This document shows, in pieces, positions 18,974 to 29,593 of a DNA stretch of 64,000 bases. The DNA comes from Thermoplasmata archaeon. GTDB taxonomy: Archaea > Thermoplasmatota > Thermoplasmata > UBA10834. Location of the stretch: assembly GCA_041559015.1 (NCBI GenBank), contig JBFFED010000001.1, positions 79,241 through 143,240 on the forward strand, in the 5' to 3' direction. The notes under the pieces were generated by a model. It was not told the DNA's origin and searched no databases. It saw only the letters and a list, made by a program, of their open reading frames with translations. Positions within the stretch are counted from its first letter, which is position 1; each line of letters starts with the position of its first letter. The translations under genes were made by a program, and so were the position numbers.

Positions 18974-20305
18974 ATGAGGGTTCTGGCAGTAGGGGGAGGC
19001 GCTAGGGAGCACGCAATCGTCGCTGCCCTATCACGCTCCGGCGCTGATATCTATGCATGCTCCAAGAACAAGAACCCCGGCATCGCGAGAGCGGTCAAAG
19101 AGCACATGCTCGTCGACGAGATGGACCTGCACAATGTGGTCGAGTTCGCGAAGGACAGAAGGGTCGAGCTCGCCATCATCGGGCCCGAAGCACCGTTGGA
19201 GGTCGGGCTTGCAGACCAGCTGGAGATGGCGGGCATCCCGACGGCGAGTCCTAGGAGGGCAGCCGCGAGGATAGAGACTTCCAAGAGCTTCATGAGGGAC
19301 CTGCTGGCCAGGCACCGGATAAAAGGTGCGGTGAAGTTCGCGACTGTGAACAGCGTCCGGGATGCAGAGAAAGCCCTCGACTCCCTCGGGACCGACATAG
19401 TCGTGAAACCGACTGGGCTGACCGGGGGCAAGGGCGTGAAGGTGTTCGGAGAGCACCTGAACTCCAAGAAGAACATCATCGACTACGCAGAGGAGATATT
19501 CTCGAAGAGAATCGGAGGCACGCCCGGCATCGTCCTCGAGGAGAGGCTAGTCGGGGAGGAGTTCACGCTCCAGGCGTTCTGCGACGGCACGAGGGTGGCG
19601 CCCATGCCGACGGTCCAGGATCACAAGAGAGCGTTCGAGGGCGACACGGGCCCGAACACGGGAGGCATGGGCTCGTATTCGCAGAAGGACGGGCTCCTGC
19701 CTTTCCTGAGGAAGGGAGAATACGAGACTGCGATCGGCATCATGGAGGGCGTCGTGAAGGCGCTCAGGGCCGAGGGGGTGGAGTACAGGGGCACGCTGTA
19801 CGGCCAGTTCATGCTCACGAGAGAGGGCCCGAAGGTCATCGAGTTCAACGCGAGGTTCGGGGACCCTGAGGCCATGAACGTCCTATCGCTCTTGGAGGGG
19901 GACTTCGTCAGCATATGTGAGGGCATGGCCGGAGGCAACATATCGGCGAACCACGTGCGGTTCGCGGAGAGGGCCTCCGTGTGCAAGTACGTCGTCCCCG
20001 AGGGGTACGGAGTAAAGCCCCTGGCCGGCGAGGAGATCACAGTCGACGAGGGCGCGATCGCCGCTAAAGGGGCGATCCTGTACTATGCGAGCGTCAACGA
20101 GAAGGATGGCAGGGTGTTCACGACTACCTCGAGGTCAGTCGGCATAGTCGGGATAGCGGACACCATCGACGACGCTGAGGCCATCTCTGAAGGCGCCATG
20201 GGCCACGTATCCGGCAGGATACATGCGAGACACGACATAGCGAAGAGGGCGACGCTCGATGCGAAGGTCGCACGGATGGACCGTATAAGGAGGGGGGAGT
20301 TGTGA
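18974..20305 (+). CDS. purD: Phosphoribosylamine--glycine ligase
   Basis: GGGAREHA, GPEAPL, QDHKR..GPNTGGMG, EFNARFGDPE. Confidence 0.97.
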   Translation: MRVLAVGGGAREHAIVAALSRSGADIYACSKNKNPGIARAVKEHMLVDEMDLHNVVEFAKDRRVELAIIGPEAPLEVGLADQLEMAGIPTASPRRAAARIETSKSFMRDLLARHRIKGAVKFATVNSVRDAEKALDSLGTDIVVKPTGLTGGKGVKVFGEHLNSKKNIIDYAEEIFSKRIGGTPGIVLEERLVGEEFTLQAFCDGTRVAPMPTVQDHKRAFEGDTGPNTGGMGSYSQKDGLLPFLRKGEYETAIGIMEGVVKALRAEGVEYRGTLYGQFMLTREGPKVIEFNARFGDPEAMNVLSLLEGDFVSICEGMAGGNISANHVRFAERASVCKYVVPEGYGVKPLAGEEITVDEGAIAAKGAILYYASVNEKDGRVFTTTSRSVGIVGIADTIDDAEAISEGAMGHVSGRIHARHDIAKRATLDAKVARMDRIRRGEL

Positions 20306-20919
20306 AGAGGCTCGAGCAGGTGGTGTCCGAGATAGAGGCGGAACTCGACGAGAAGGACCAGGTGAGGGAGATTGCCCTGAAATCATCTCGAGCGATCATC
20401 AGGCTCTCAGGCGCCATACTAAGAGGTCTTCACAGGAATGAGCAGCCAGGGGACCAGCTTGATATCCTCAGGGACGAGGTGACCAGGCTGCAGAGCCTCC
20501 TGGCAGAGCACCCGGAGCTGGAGCACGCAGGCTACGTATCAAGCGCGTTCCAGGAGTATGCCGAGGTCGGATTGATCATGTCCCTGCTCGAGACGGGTGA
20601 TGTCCCCTCACCTGAGGAGCTAGGGGTCGGGAGCCCGCCATACCTCATGGGACTCGGGGACAGCATCGGCGAGCTCAGGAGGTTCTGCCTAGAGGAGCTC
20701 AAATCAGGTAGGGCCGGCCGCGCGAACGAGATCCTTGACATGATGGAGGACCTCCTGACCGCACTGATGAGATTCGATTACCCGGACGCGATCGTGCCCC
20801 TGAGGCACAAGCAGGACGTCGCCAGGAGTTTACTGGAGAAGACCAGGGGCGAGGTTGCCGTAGCGACCTCCACCAGCGCTCTCCGCGAGAAGATCGACGA
20901 AGTCCTGAGAAAGGGTTGA
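20302..20919 (+). CDS. Translin/TRAX family protein
   Basis: QEYAE, YLMGLGDSIGELRR, LRHKQD. Confidence 0.88.
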   Translation: MKRLEQVVSEIEAELDEKDQVREIALKSSRAIIRLSGAILRGLHRNEQPGDQLDILRDEVTRLQSLLAEHPELEHAGYVSSAFQEYAEVGLIMSLLETGDVPSPEELGVGSPPYLMGLGDSIGELRRFCLEELKSGRAGRANEILDMMEDLLTALMRFDYPDAIVPLRHKQDVARSLLEKTRGEVAVATSTSALREKIDEVLRKG

Positions 20920-20925
20920 CCGCGC

Positions 20926-21252
20926 TCAAGAATAGTGCTTCTTGATCACGGCCTCTATGTTCGCGCGCGGATGCGCGCCCGTCATGCGCTCGACCTGTTT
21001 CCCGTCCTTGAAGAATATGAGCGTGGGGATGCTGTGTATGCCTAAGGACATGGCAGTCTTGGGTGCCTCGTCGGTGTCGAGCTTCGCGAAGGTCACCTTG
21101 CCACTGTAGTCCTTCGCCAGGGCTTCGAGTGTCGGTGCGAGCATCTTGCACGGGCCGCACCATGGAGCCCAGCAGTCCACCAGCAGGTTGCGCGAGGACT
21201 TCACGGTCGAATCGAAATCGGAGTCGCTCAAGTTCAGGATGTTCTCGGACAA
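20926..21252 (-). CDS. trxA: Thioredoxin
   Basis: WAPWCGPC, SIPTL; TTG start after a GGGGGAG RBS. Confidence 0.93.
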   Translation of the reverse strand: MSENILNLSDSDFDSTVKSSRNLLVDCWAPWCGPCKMLAPTLEALAKDYSGKVTFAKLDTDEAPKTAMSLGIHSIPTLIFFKDGKQVERMTGAHPRANIEAVIKKHYS

Positions 21253-21339
21253 GTTGACGTCTCCCCCTTGGGTTGGCCTCTGTAAAGTGTGCTCGATATT
21301 TGAGATTATCCCATCGCCATGTCCCATGAGCCGATCCGC

Positions 21340-22146
21340 TCAGAACTTCTTCCCGCGCTTCGGGGGCTTCTGGAGCCACATGAGGCCCACGAACACCGAT
21401 ATCACTATCACGCCGATCGCGAGCACCGCCCCCAGAGGGTTCCCGGTATCGGCTACGTATATGGTGAGCGAGTAGACGTTGTTGCCGTTGCTGAACTCGA
21501 CCAGCTTGTTCGCATCGTCGACGACGATGGTGATTACGTGCTCGCCAGAGCGGATGCTCTCGAAGCTCCAGTTGTAGGATATCTTCGTTGACGACCCGGC
21601 GGTCACGTTGAACACGCGCGAGGCGAGGTATGTCCCATCCGCGTAGAACTTCGCGGTTACATTCAGGGCGTCGACCTCGCCCATGTTGTACACTGTGGCC
21701 GTTATGAATATGGGGTCGACGACCTCCATCTCGAACTCCTGCTCGAGGTACTTGGTCACCTGCGGCACGCCGCCCTTCGATGTCGCGTTTATCCTCACCT
21801 TGATCTTCTGCGGCGCCTCACCAGGCATGGTGACGTTCAGCTTGAACACGCCACTAGGAGAGGTACTTGTGGTCGGATCCACCGAGGACCCGGTCGTGTT
21901 GGTGCCCTCTACCTCGGCCCTGTAGGTGTAGTTGCCCCCGCCGTCCTCGGCCGGACCTCCGGTGATTGTCAGCGTGCACTGGACCGTCTGGGACTTGCCC
22001 GCGAACAACGGTCGGTCAAACTGTACGCTTATGCCCCCGTAGGCAGTCGCGTCGGAGGAGAGCTGGACCCCAATGGGAAGGGCCATCATCGCCAGCGAGG
22101 CGGTGACCAACAGCGCGAGAAGCGCAGAGAACCTCATCCGTCTCAC
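21340..22146 (-). CDS. Secreted, C-terminally anchored CARDB-domain protein
   Basis: Signal peptide, CARDB-like VDDANKLVEFSNGNN, C-terminal TM plus basic tail. Confidence 0.8.
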   Translation of the reverse strand: MRRMRFSALLALLVTASLAMMALPIGVQLSSDATAYGGISVQFDRPLFAGKSQTVQCTLTITGGPAEDGGGNYTYRAEVEGTNTTGSSVDPTTSTSPSGVFKLNVTMPGEAPQKIKVRINATSKGGVPQVTKYLEQEFEMEVVDPIFITATVYNMGEVDALNVTAKFYADGTYLASRVFNVTAGSSTKISYNWSFESIRSGEHVITIVVDDANKLVEFSNGNNVYSLTIYVADTGNPLGAVLAIGVIVISVFVGLMWLQKPPKRGKKF

Positions 22147-25100
22147 TTCGAGGCACCTCCCTTGCCAAGGCCCTTCCTCTTGCGTAGGGCGAAGAACATC
22201 ACCACCAGCGACGCAAGGGCGATTGCGAGGCTGATGTTGATGAGTACCTTAGACGCGTCATATTCATATGAGATGTCGGCCCGCTCGGCGGTCACGTCCC
22301 CTGGGCCTACCAGCAGGTCTGGGAGCATCACCTGTACCGAACCGTAGGTGCTCGAGGAGGGGCTCTCGACTGAGGCGGCGAAAACGAGCGCGGACGCGGT
22401 GGTGTCCGGTACGCTCCTGATGGCTGTGAAGTTCACGGCCAGCTCAGTACTGCCGAAGGCTGGGACCTCCACCTCCGTCACCTCGTCCCCAGTCTCCAGA
22501 TCGATTATGGTAGCCGTCCAGCCCAAAGTGACAAGCGAATCCAGGTTGGATACTGCCACTTGGAACTTGTCATCCACGTTACCGGTGTTGTTCACAGTGA
22601 ACTTGGTGATCGTGCTCCAGCTGGCCGAAGGCATGGACTCATTGAGGCTGTGGATGCGGACATCATGCACGGGCGAGACATTGAGGTACATGTTCAAGGT
22701 CGTCCTGGCGGATGACTGAGTCTTTGAGCGCACGACTGCTCCGATGACTGTCTCTCCCGCGGCCACGTCATCATGGGCGATTATCTCCGCGACTACGGTC
22801 ACCTGGCCCTCCGCCCCGAAGCCGAGTTCGAAGGTGTCAGGGATGAATGTGACGTTGAAATCCGCCGTTGAGGATGTCACCAGCCATGTGTCCTCTATGT
22901 TGCCCGTGTTCGTGACAGTGAAGGCGTACCTCACCAGGACACCTGGAGGGACAGTCTGCGTCAGATTCCTGTCCCAGCTGACCGAGACGCTGCGCTTCGA
23001 GTCCCTGACCAGGGTCAGGGTGACATACTTGTCCGTGCCCTCGGCCGTCAGGTCGAGGCTGCCGGTGTAAGTCACCGTCAGGCCGTTCTCGATCATGGTC
23101 GTGACGGCGGAGAGCGTGTAATTGCCCTCTGGCACGAGTATCTTGAATGAGCCGGAGGCGTCGGATGTGACCTTGAGCTTAGCGCTCCCAGAGGCGACGG
23201 AGACCTCGACGGACGTGCCAACATCCCCCACTAGCACCTGACCCGAGATGTACAGACCGATCTCCATGTCGAAAGACTGTTCCATCGGGACGTCGCGGTC
23301 GAGCCGTATCGTGGACAGGAATGAGCCCTTGTCCTGCGGCCTCGTTATCTGTATCGTGTAGTCCCCTGGCTGCACGGATGCATTGAACGAACCGCTGACG
23401 TCAGTCCAGAACTCCAGGCCCAGGCCGTAGATGCTGCTGGGGAACATCTTCACATTCGCTCTTGTCGGCGTGCCCTCCGGGTCGTACACGACGCCGCTGA
23501 ACGTAGTGTTATCCAGGCGCATCTCGAGGGATGGGTCGAGCCTCAGTTCGGATACGCCTATGACCACGTATGCCTCGTGGTCGTACTCCACATACAACGT
23601 CCTGCCATCGACGAGCCTGGTGTCCTCCAGGCTGAACATAACTGTGTACTCGCCCTGGGGCAGCTCGACCGAGTAGGACGACATCGACGATATCGTCTCG
23701 ACCGTCTCGCCAAATGATGACACGGCAGTGACGGCCACCGACTTGGTGGCCGGCCGGCCATTGACACTGATGGCCCCGTAGAGCTCGCTGGCCAGCTGCA
23801 GCTGGAAGTCGTGCTCCCTGGAGTCCATCGACAGAGTCACGGATGTGATGTTTGCGTACATGCTCTCGCCCACAGCGCTCTTGGCGTAGACGCTGTACTC
23901 GCCGGGCAACAGGTACGTGGAGTAGCTGATATTGACGTCAAGGGCGAGCACCTTCGTCTCGGGGCCCACGAGGCGCAGCTCGATGTCCGAAGCCGCCCCG
24001 AACAGGTACCCGTACATCTCGATCTTCTTCTGCGGTGAGAATGAATACTCGACTGGCGTCCCAGATGGGTAGAAGGCCACCTCGGCCTCGAACATGTACC
24101 TCTCCCCTCCCATCGGGCTGGTGTCCTGGTCCACAGACACGATGTAGGCTGCCGGCAGAAGGTTGACAGTGTAGTACCCGCCCGTAACTGTGATAGCCGT
24201 CACGACATCGAGCATCGGAACTAGGGGCAGGAAGGAGAGCTGCACGCCTCTGAGCCCGAGCCCGTCGTAGGTGACCCTGCCCTGCAAGAGGATTTCGTCT
24301 GGCTCGGCGACCACGCCCACGTCAGCCGTGTCGTTCAAGAAATTCGATGTGACAGACCACTGCGAATACCCCGCATCACCTACCGAGAGGACCGCGTCCG
24401 TTCCCTTAGGGTACATCAGGAGGAATGTACCATCGTCTGCGGCCGAGACCGTGAACAATGCTCCAGTGTGATCTATCAGGCGCAGTTTTGCGAACTTTCC
24501 GAGCTCCTCAGGCATGAGCGTGCTTGCGCTGTCCCTGTCGAGCCATATCGCTCCCTGGACCAGAACGCCGCTTACCATGTTGACCTGGAGGTTCGTCCTC
24601 GGACCCGTCACATCGATGGTCCCCGAGAAGATGCACCTTTCCGTGATGTAATAGGATGTGACACGATAGGTCCCGTAGGGGAGCTCCAGCTTGTACACGC
24701 CCAGGGTGTCTATGCGCGCTGATATCCTTACGCCATCTGAGTTCTCGAACACGACGTGACCTGTCTTGATCATCAACCCTGCTGGGGTCCTGGCTCCGCC
24801 TGAGACAACCGACGCCTGGCTGAGCGACACGGTGGCGGTGATGGAATCCGCAGTCCTCAAGTCCAGGGTCTTGACACCTGCATACGATTCGAACCCCACG
24901 GAATGGACCGCACGCAGTGTCCACACGCCCATCGGGACCTTCGCAACTATGAGCCCGCTGGCATCGGTCTGCCCGGAGATGACTGCTGTCGGCGAGTAAA
25001 CATCCGTGAGCTCATATGCGGCGTACGGTACGCAGACACCGTCCTTGAACACCCTCACCTGAACGGTGGCCTCCCGTACCAAGGTAAGGTTCTTCACCAG

Positions 25101-28100
25101 CTCTGACCCTGCGCCGACTGCGATCGAGGTGGTCGATAGCGTGTATCCTGGTTCCGTCGTCGCCAGCTTGTACAGGCCGGAAAGCAAGCGCTCGAACTCG
25201 AACATGCCGTCCTCGTCCGTGACGGTGGACATCTTGCACCCGTTGGTGGTCTCGGTCATGACGATCTCGACGTCGTTCGCGGCGTCGCCACCGAGATACG
25301 AGATGTACCCGGAGATTGTGCCAGGCATCAGGGCTAGCTTCTGCTCGGACTTCTGGCCAGGCGAGATCACGGCCCCCTTCTTGACAGTGATGTTGACTCC
25401 GCGTATGTCCGCCCAGAGGTCATAGATGCCCGGTGGCAGGGTCGTGTCGAATGTCCCCTCAGGGGCGTCGATCTCGAACTCGCTGCCGGTAATAAGGTCC
25501 TTGGCGTACACCGTCACGTCCCGGATGAGTTCGTCGGTCCCCACAGTGTAGTTGCCTTCCTTGTCCAGGTCCCAGAACAGGTCTGCCGTGACCTGGGTCT
25601 CGCGCATCTGGTAGTCCTTCGTTATGATGTAATCATAGACACCATCGCCATCCAGGTCGTACGGGAGCCGCATGGCTTGGTCATCTGTCACGTTGAACTT
25701 GAGTCTGTCAATCACGTTCGACCCGACGAGCGAGGACGAAGTCACACCGCCGGCCGAGAGCACGACCGTGACCTCCCCGAAAGGTGCCAGGACGGAGTAC
25801 TTCCCCTCTGAGTCGGTCAGGACGGACATGTGCGGGATGCCGTACTCATCCTGAACCGTCGCCCTTATGTTAGCGACTGGGTACCCCTCGAGGGTAGTCA
25901 CGGTCCCGTTGACGTAGGCGCCCTCGTAATACTTCAGGAAGACGACGCCGGCGCCGTAGTAGGAGCCCGCTGAGTCGTCCACGTATCCCTGGGTCTCGCC
26001 GTTCTGTATCTTCTCCCTGAGTTCGAGAGCCTCGTCGTAGCTGACGGCGACCCATGCCTCCCGATGATATGGAATCTCCGAAATGGGGTACGGGTTGTAG
26101 TAGGCAGTCCTGTAGACCATTCTGAAGTGCTCCATGTTCCAGCCGGGCATCACGGGCTCGCTGGCCAACGACCCGGAGAGCCCCGGGATGCCTTCGTTCG
26201 ACATACCGAGTTCGTACCCTGATACGCCGCACATCGCCCTGTAGAATGTTGAGTTGTAGAACATCGGCTTGTAGACGAGCTTGTAATCGACGATCACCAT
26301 GTCCGCTGTCACGGCGTCGATGTCGACCTCCCTGCCGTACTGGTCCACCGCCTTGATGTCGAAGAAGTCCACGGGAGTCGAGCCGTGCGCGATCCTGCGG
26401 TCCGAGAGCTTCGCGGGGGCGTAGAATATGCCCGTGTCCATGCCAGACCTTGGAAACATCCTGGAGTCGACGCTGAAGTACCTGATGTCCCACCCGGTCA
26501 CGTCGCATAGGTCGCTATAGAAACCGACCAGCGACTCCTGGCCCATCTTCGCCAGCTCTACCCTCGCGGCGACTATCCTCGCGTTGACCTCGCTCAGGTC
26601 GCTGTCCATCGGGCCATAGACCACAGAGTCTCCCAGGACCTCGTCTATGATGGACTGGGCTGGGCCGGATATTATCTGATCCATGCGCTCCGAGTCCACC
26701 TCGTACTTCTCGAAGAGAGAGTATATCTGGTTCTTGAGGTCAGGCTTGGTGACGCCCACCTGGATGAGCCGGTAGGAGAACAGCGCGACGACCTCCGTCT
26801 CGCTCTGCGCCATGATGATGTTCCCAGTCATCTGGAAACCGTTCTGGAAGTTATCGGCCACTGTGGGATGCTCACCCGCCTGGGCGGCCTCGAAACCATA
26901 GTCCCACCAAGACACGTACGCCGGCCTCTCGGCGATTGCCGGTATGTCCGAATCGTAATCGGCGAACCAATCCCAGGCCGCCGGGAAATAGTACCGCTCA
27001 AGCGGTATCGAGTACCCGAATGCGCCCAGGTACCAGTTCGAGCCGTTGATCCTATCGTAGTCGTCAGGTTTGAGGAAATCGGGCATGCTCTCGTAGATCT
27101 GCTTGTCGAGAAGCGTCTTCGTCTCCGAGGGTATACCCGCATCGGTCCCGAACCACACGTTCGGAAGGACTACCATGAACGCGATGAACAGAACGCCCAC
27201 TATGTGCCTTATCTTCACGCTCTTCCTGAATATCTGCCAATAAGACCCGCTCGCTCCTGTGAGCGACTTCCGGACGCTGTTGAAGTCGAGCGCGTCTATG
27301 ATCATGACCGTGACCCAAGCCGCCGAGAGCGCGAACGCAGGAGCGGCATTGAACATGAACCTGCCCGCGGAGATCGCCATGAAGATCGCTGCCCCGAGCC
27401 AGACGACGATGAATATGTACTCGGCCGTGGCCTTCTTGGGCACCTTCACAATGGCCCACATGAGCCCGATGAGCGACAGGAAGAACGTGACCATGCCGAA
27501 GCTCATTGCGAGCTCGCTGAACTGGGGCGCGCGGGCCTCCGCGATGGTGGAGTACAGCTTGTTCTTCACGAAGTAGCCCTGTCCGCTGAGGATCGCCTCC
27601 GCGAGGCTCGGGTCCACCGCGTTGATGACGAGCACTCCGACCCCGAGCACCAGGAATATCGCCGGGAGCGTGAGCGTCCACGGGTAGTCCCTCGATATGA
27701 CGAACAGGAGCCCGAAGACCACCGCCACGACGAAGAGATAAACTGGGACGTCAAACCTGACGGGTATGAGGCTCTGCTCGTAATACACTGGGAATGAGAG
27801 CAGATAGCCGAATGCCATCGTAAGCGATATGATGATGGTTATGCTCGTTGAGTCGAACCCCTTGAACTTGTTGAGCAGTATCTGTATGACATAGTAGGCG
27901 AGCATGATGACGGCCACATAACCGAATCCGACCCATGCCATGATGACGCATCCGTACGCGACCCCCGCCATCAGCGCATATATGATAGGGGTCCTGCTCT
28001 CCCGGAAGTAGCTGCTGAGACCCGCCTTTATGCTGGCCCGACTACGCCAGTTGTCGACCCATTTCTTGTGTTCCTGTGTCTTTATAGCCCTGAGCAGGAA

Positions 28101-28727
28101 GAAGAAAGTCAAGACTATGAAGAACAGGATGAACGAGTCGTGGTCCGCCCCTGAGAACACGCTCCTCTGGACATGCGAGGGCATGATCGCAAGGAAGAAT
28201 GCGGCCACCAGTCCGGCCCTCCTGCTGAATATCTCCTTGCCCACGAGGTAAGTCGGGATGATTGTGAGAGCGCCCCAGAACGCCGTTGACCAAAGCAGGG
28301 ACCAGCCTACCGCGTCGTCCAGGGACTCGAAGAGCCCCTGAGCGAACACCGCGGGGACGACTATGGACATGCTGTAGAACGGCGGACGGGGGTTCCTGAT
28401 ACCGTCCGGATAGTTGATGACAGGGTCCCAGTAGAGCTGTTTGCCTGTCTCGGCAGAGTAATCTATGATCCGCTGCCAATAGTACGAGTCGGACCCTCCC
28501 GAAACGAGGTGTCCGTCCATGGCGGTATCGTATCCGAAGTATGTGCGCGTGAACAGGGCGACCGCGAAGAGCAGGATGAGGATGAACAGGGTTGTCCAAT
28601 TGGCGACCAGCCATTTCTTCAACTCGCTCGGTCCCCTGTCCCCCCTTCTGAACCAGGACAGAGGGGACCCAGCTGGGACTTCCCTCGCCTCAGACAAAGA
28701 TAATGCCACCTGGTGATAGTAGCCCAC
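22143..28727 (-). CDS. aglB: Oligosaccharyltransferase AglB (STT3) with about 1250 aa of C-terminal beta-sandwich repeats and a second membrane anchor
   Basis: DSYY, ADHD, TIAE, WWDYG, DNFQ motifs; multi-TM N-terminus; repeated T-D-x-x-G-x-(Y/F) units; C-terminal TM plus RKRK. Confidence 0.92.
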   Translation of the reverse strand: MGYYHQVALSLSEAREVPAGSPLSWFRRGDRGPSELKKWLVANWTTLFILILLFAVALFTRTYFGYDTAMDGHLVSGGSDSYYWQRIIDYSAETGKQLYWDPVINYPDGIRNPRPPFYSMSIVVPAVFAQGLFESLDDAVGWSLLWSTAFWGALTIIPTYLVGKEIFSRRAGLVAAFFLAIMPSHVQRSVFSGADHDSFILFFIVLTFFFLLRAIKTQEHKKWVDNWRSRASIKAGLSSYFRESRTPIIYALMAGVAYGCVIMAWVGFGYVAVIMLAYYVIQILLNKFKGFDSTSITIIISLTMAFGYLLSFPVYYEQSLIPVRFDVPVYLFVVAVVFGLLFVISRDYPWTLTLPAIFLVLGVGVLVINAVDPSLAEAILSGQGYFVKNKLYSTIAEARAPQFSELAMSFGMVTFFLSLIGLMWAIVKVPKKATAEYIFIVVWLGAAIFMAISAGRFMFNAAPAFALSAAWVTVMIIDALDFNSVRKSLTGASGSYWQIFRKSVKIRHIVGVLFIAFMVVLPNVWFGTDAGIPSETKTLLDKQIYESMPDFLKPDDYDRINGSNWYLGAFGYSIPLERYYFPAAWDWFADYDSDIPAIAERPAYVSWWDYGFEAAQAGEHPTVADNFQNGFQMTGNIIMAQSETEVVALFSYRLIQVGVTKPDLKNQIYSLFEKYEVDSERMDQIISGPAQSIIDEVLGDSVVYGPMDSDLSEVNARIVAARVELAKMGQESLVGFYSDLCDVTGWDIRYFSVDSRMFPRSGMDTGIFYAPAKLSDRRIAHGSTPVDFFDIKAVDQYGREVDIDAVTADMVIVDYKLVYKPMFYNSTFYRAMCGVSGYELGMSNEGIPGLSGSLASEPVMPGWNMEHFRMVYRTAYYNPYPISEIPYHREAWVAVSYDEALELREKIQNGETQGYVDDSAGSYYGAGVVFLKYYEGAYVNGTVTTLEGYPVANIRATVQDEYGIPHMSVLTDSEGKYSVLAPFGEVTVVLSAGGVTSSSLVGSNVIDRLKFNVTDDQAMRLPYDLDGDGVYDYIITKDYQMRETQVTADLFWDLDKEGNYTVGTDELIRDVTVYAKDLITGSEFEIDAPEGTFDTTLPPGIYDLWADIRGVNITVKKGAVISPGQKSEQKLALMPGTISGYISYLGGDAANDVEIVMTETTNGCKMSTVTDEDGMFEFERLLSGLYKLATTEPGYTLSTTSIAVGAGSELVKNLTLVREATVQVRVFKDGVCVPYAAYELTDVYSPTAVISGQTDASGLIVAKVPMGVWTLRAVHSVGFESYAGVKTLDLRTADSITATVSLSQASVVSGGARTPAGLMIKTGHVVFENSDGVRISARIDTLGVYKLELPYGTYRVTSYYITERCIFSGTIDVTGPRTNLQVNMVSGVLVQGAIWLDRDSASTLMPEELGKFAKLRLIDHTGALFTVSAADDGTFLLMYPKGTDAVLSVGDAGYSQWSVTSNFLNDTADVGVVAEPDEILLQGRVTYDGLGLRGVQLSFLPLVPMLDVVTAITVTGGYYTVNLLPAAYIVSVDQDTSPMGGERYMFEAEVAFYPSGTPVEYSFSPQKKIEMYGYLFGAASDIELRLVGPETKVLALDVNISYSTYLLPGEYSVYAKSAVGESMYANITSVTLSMDSREHDFQLQLASELYGAISVNGRPATKSVAVTAVSSFGETVETISSMSSYSVELPQGEYTVMFSLEDTRLVDGRTLYVEYDHEAYVVIGVSELRLDPSLEMRLDNTTFSGVVYDPEGTPTRANVKMFPSSIYGLGLEFWTDVSGSFNASVQPGDYTIQITRPQDKGSFLSTIRLDRDVPMEQSFDMEIGLYISGQVLVGDVGTSVEVSVASGSAKLKVTSDASGSFKILVPEGNYTLSAVTTMIENGLTVTYTGSLDLTAEGTDKYVTLTLVRDSKRSVSVSWDRNLTQTVPPGVLVRYAFTVTNTGNIEDTWLVTSSTADFNVTFIPDTFELGFGAEGQVTVVAEIIAHDDVAAGETVIGAVVRSKTQSSARTTLNMYLNVSPVHDVRIHSLNESMPSASWSTITKFTVNNTGNVDDKFQVAVSNLDSLVTLGWTATIIDLETGDEVTEVEVPAFGSTELAVNFTAIRSVPDTTASALVFAASVESPSSSTYGSVQVMLPDLLVGPGDVTAERADISYEYDASKVLINISLAIALASLVVMFFALRKRKGLGKGGASK

Positions 28728-28853
28728 CGATTACAAGGGTGCTATATATACGTTATCTGCCGGCGCGCGCCCGACGGAGGCAGGCACACCTAGCCATCTG
28801 GCACATCCCGATTTCGCACCTCGGAGGGCCACAGAACCGCGATAAACGGCTTC

Positions 28854-29495
28854 TCAGCCGACCTCACGCACCTCGGCGGCCATCCTGCTAGCGGCGTCTG
28901 CAGGGTCCTTGGCCTCGTATATCGCTCGGCCGACGATGATGTAGTCGGCCCCCGCCTTGATAGCGTCCGAGGCCTTGCCCCCCTGAGCCCCCACACCCGG
29001 GCTGATGATCTCCATATCCCCTATGATCCTCCTCAGCTCGGCAATCCTCTCTGGCCTCGTCGCCGGGGCGACGATACCTCTCGCACCCGCGGCTTTCGCC
29101 ATCGCTGCGACCGTGTCCGCTATCGGGGCCGTGAACTGCCTGCCCCCCGGGTGGCTCATCTCCGTGAGGACGAAGACCTGCCCCTTCGAAGCATCGACGC
29201 ATGCCTTGACAGAGTCCTCGCCCGCGAACCCGTGGCAGATGACGGCGCTCGCGCCCCTGGCCATCGCCTGCTCCACGATGAGCCTGTTCGTGTTCGGTAT
29301 ATCAGAGATCTTCATGTCGCATATGACCGGTTTCACCTCGGACATCTCGGTGATGATCTCCGGCCCCGCCGCGAGTATCAACGGCCAGTTGATCTTGATG
29401 GCGTCCACATGGCCCTTGACCGCCCCGACGACCCGCATCGCGTCCGCGCGGGACGTGACGTCGAGGGCTAGTATGATCCTATTCCTCTTCTGCAT
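28854..29495 (-). CDS. pyrF: Orotidine-5'-phosphate decarboxylase
   Basis: ILALDV, DMKISDIPNT, SPGVGAQGG, IVGRAIY. Confidence 0.97.
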   Translation of the reverse strand: MQKRNRIILALDVTSRADAMRVVGAVKGHVDAIKINWPLILAAGPEIITEMSEVKPVICDMKISDIPNTNRLIVEQAMARGASAVICHGFAGEDSVKACVDASKGQVFVLTEMSHPGGRQFTAPIADTVAAMAKAAGARGIVAPATRPERIAELRRIIGDMEIISPGVGAQGGKASDAIKAGADYIIVGRAIYEAKDPADAASRMAAEVREVG

Positions 29496-29593
29496 CCTCT
29501 CCCCGTCGACCTGAACGACAACCGTCCCGTTAATCTTTTCCTGGCACGAAGTGGCGCATCAGTTGAATAGCAGAGAGCTAGATACCTGCCCTG

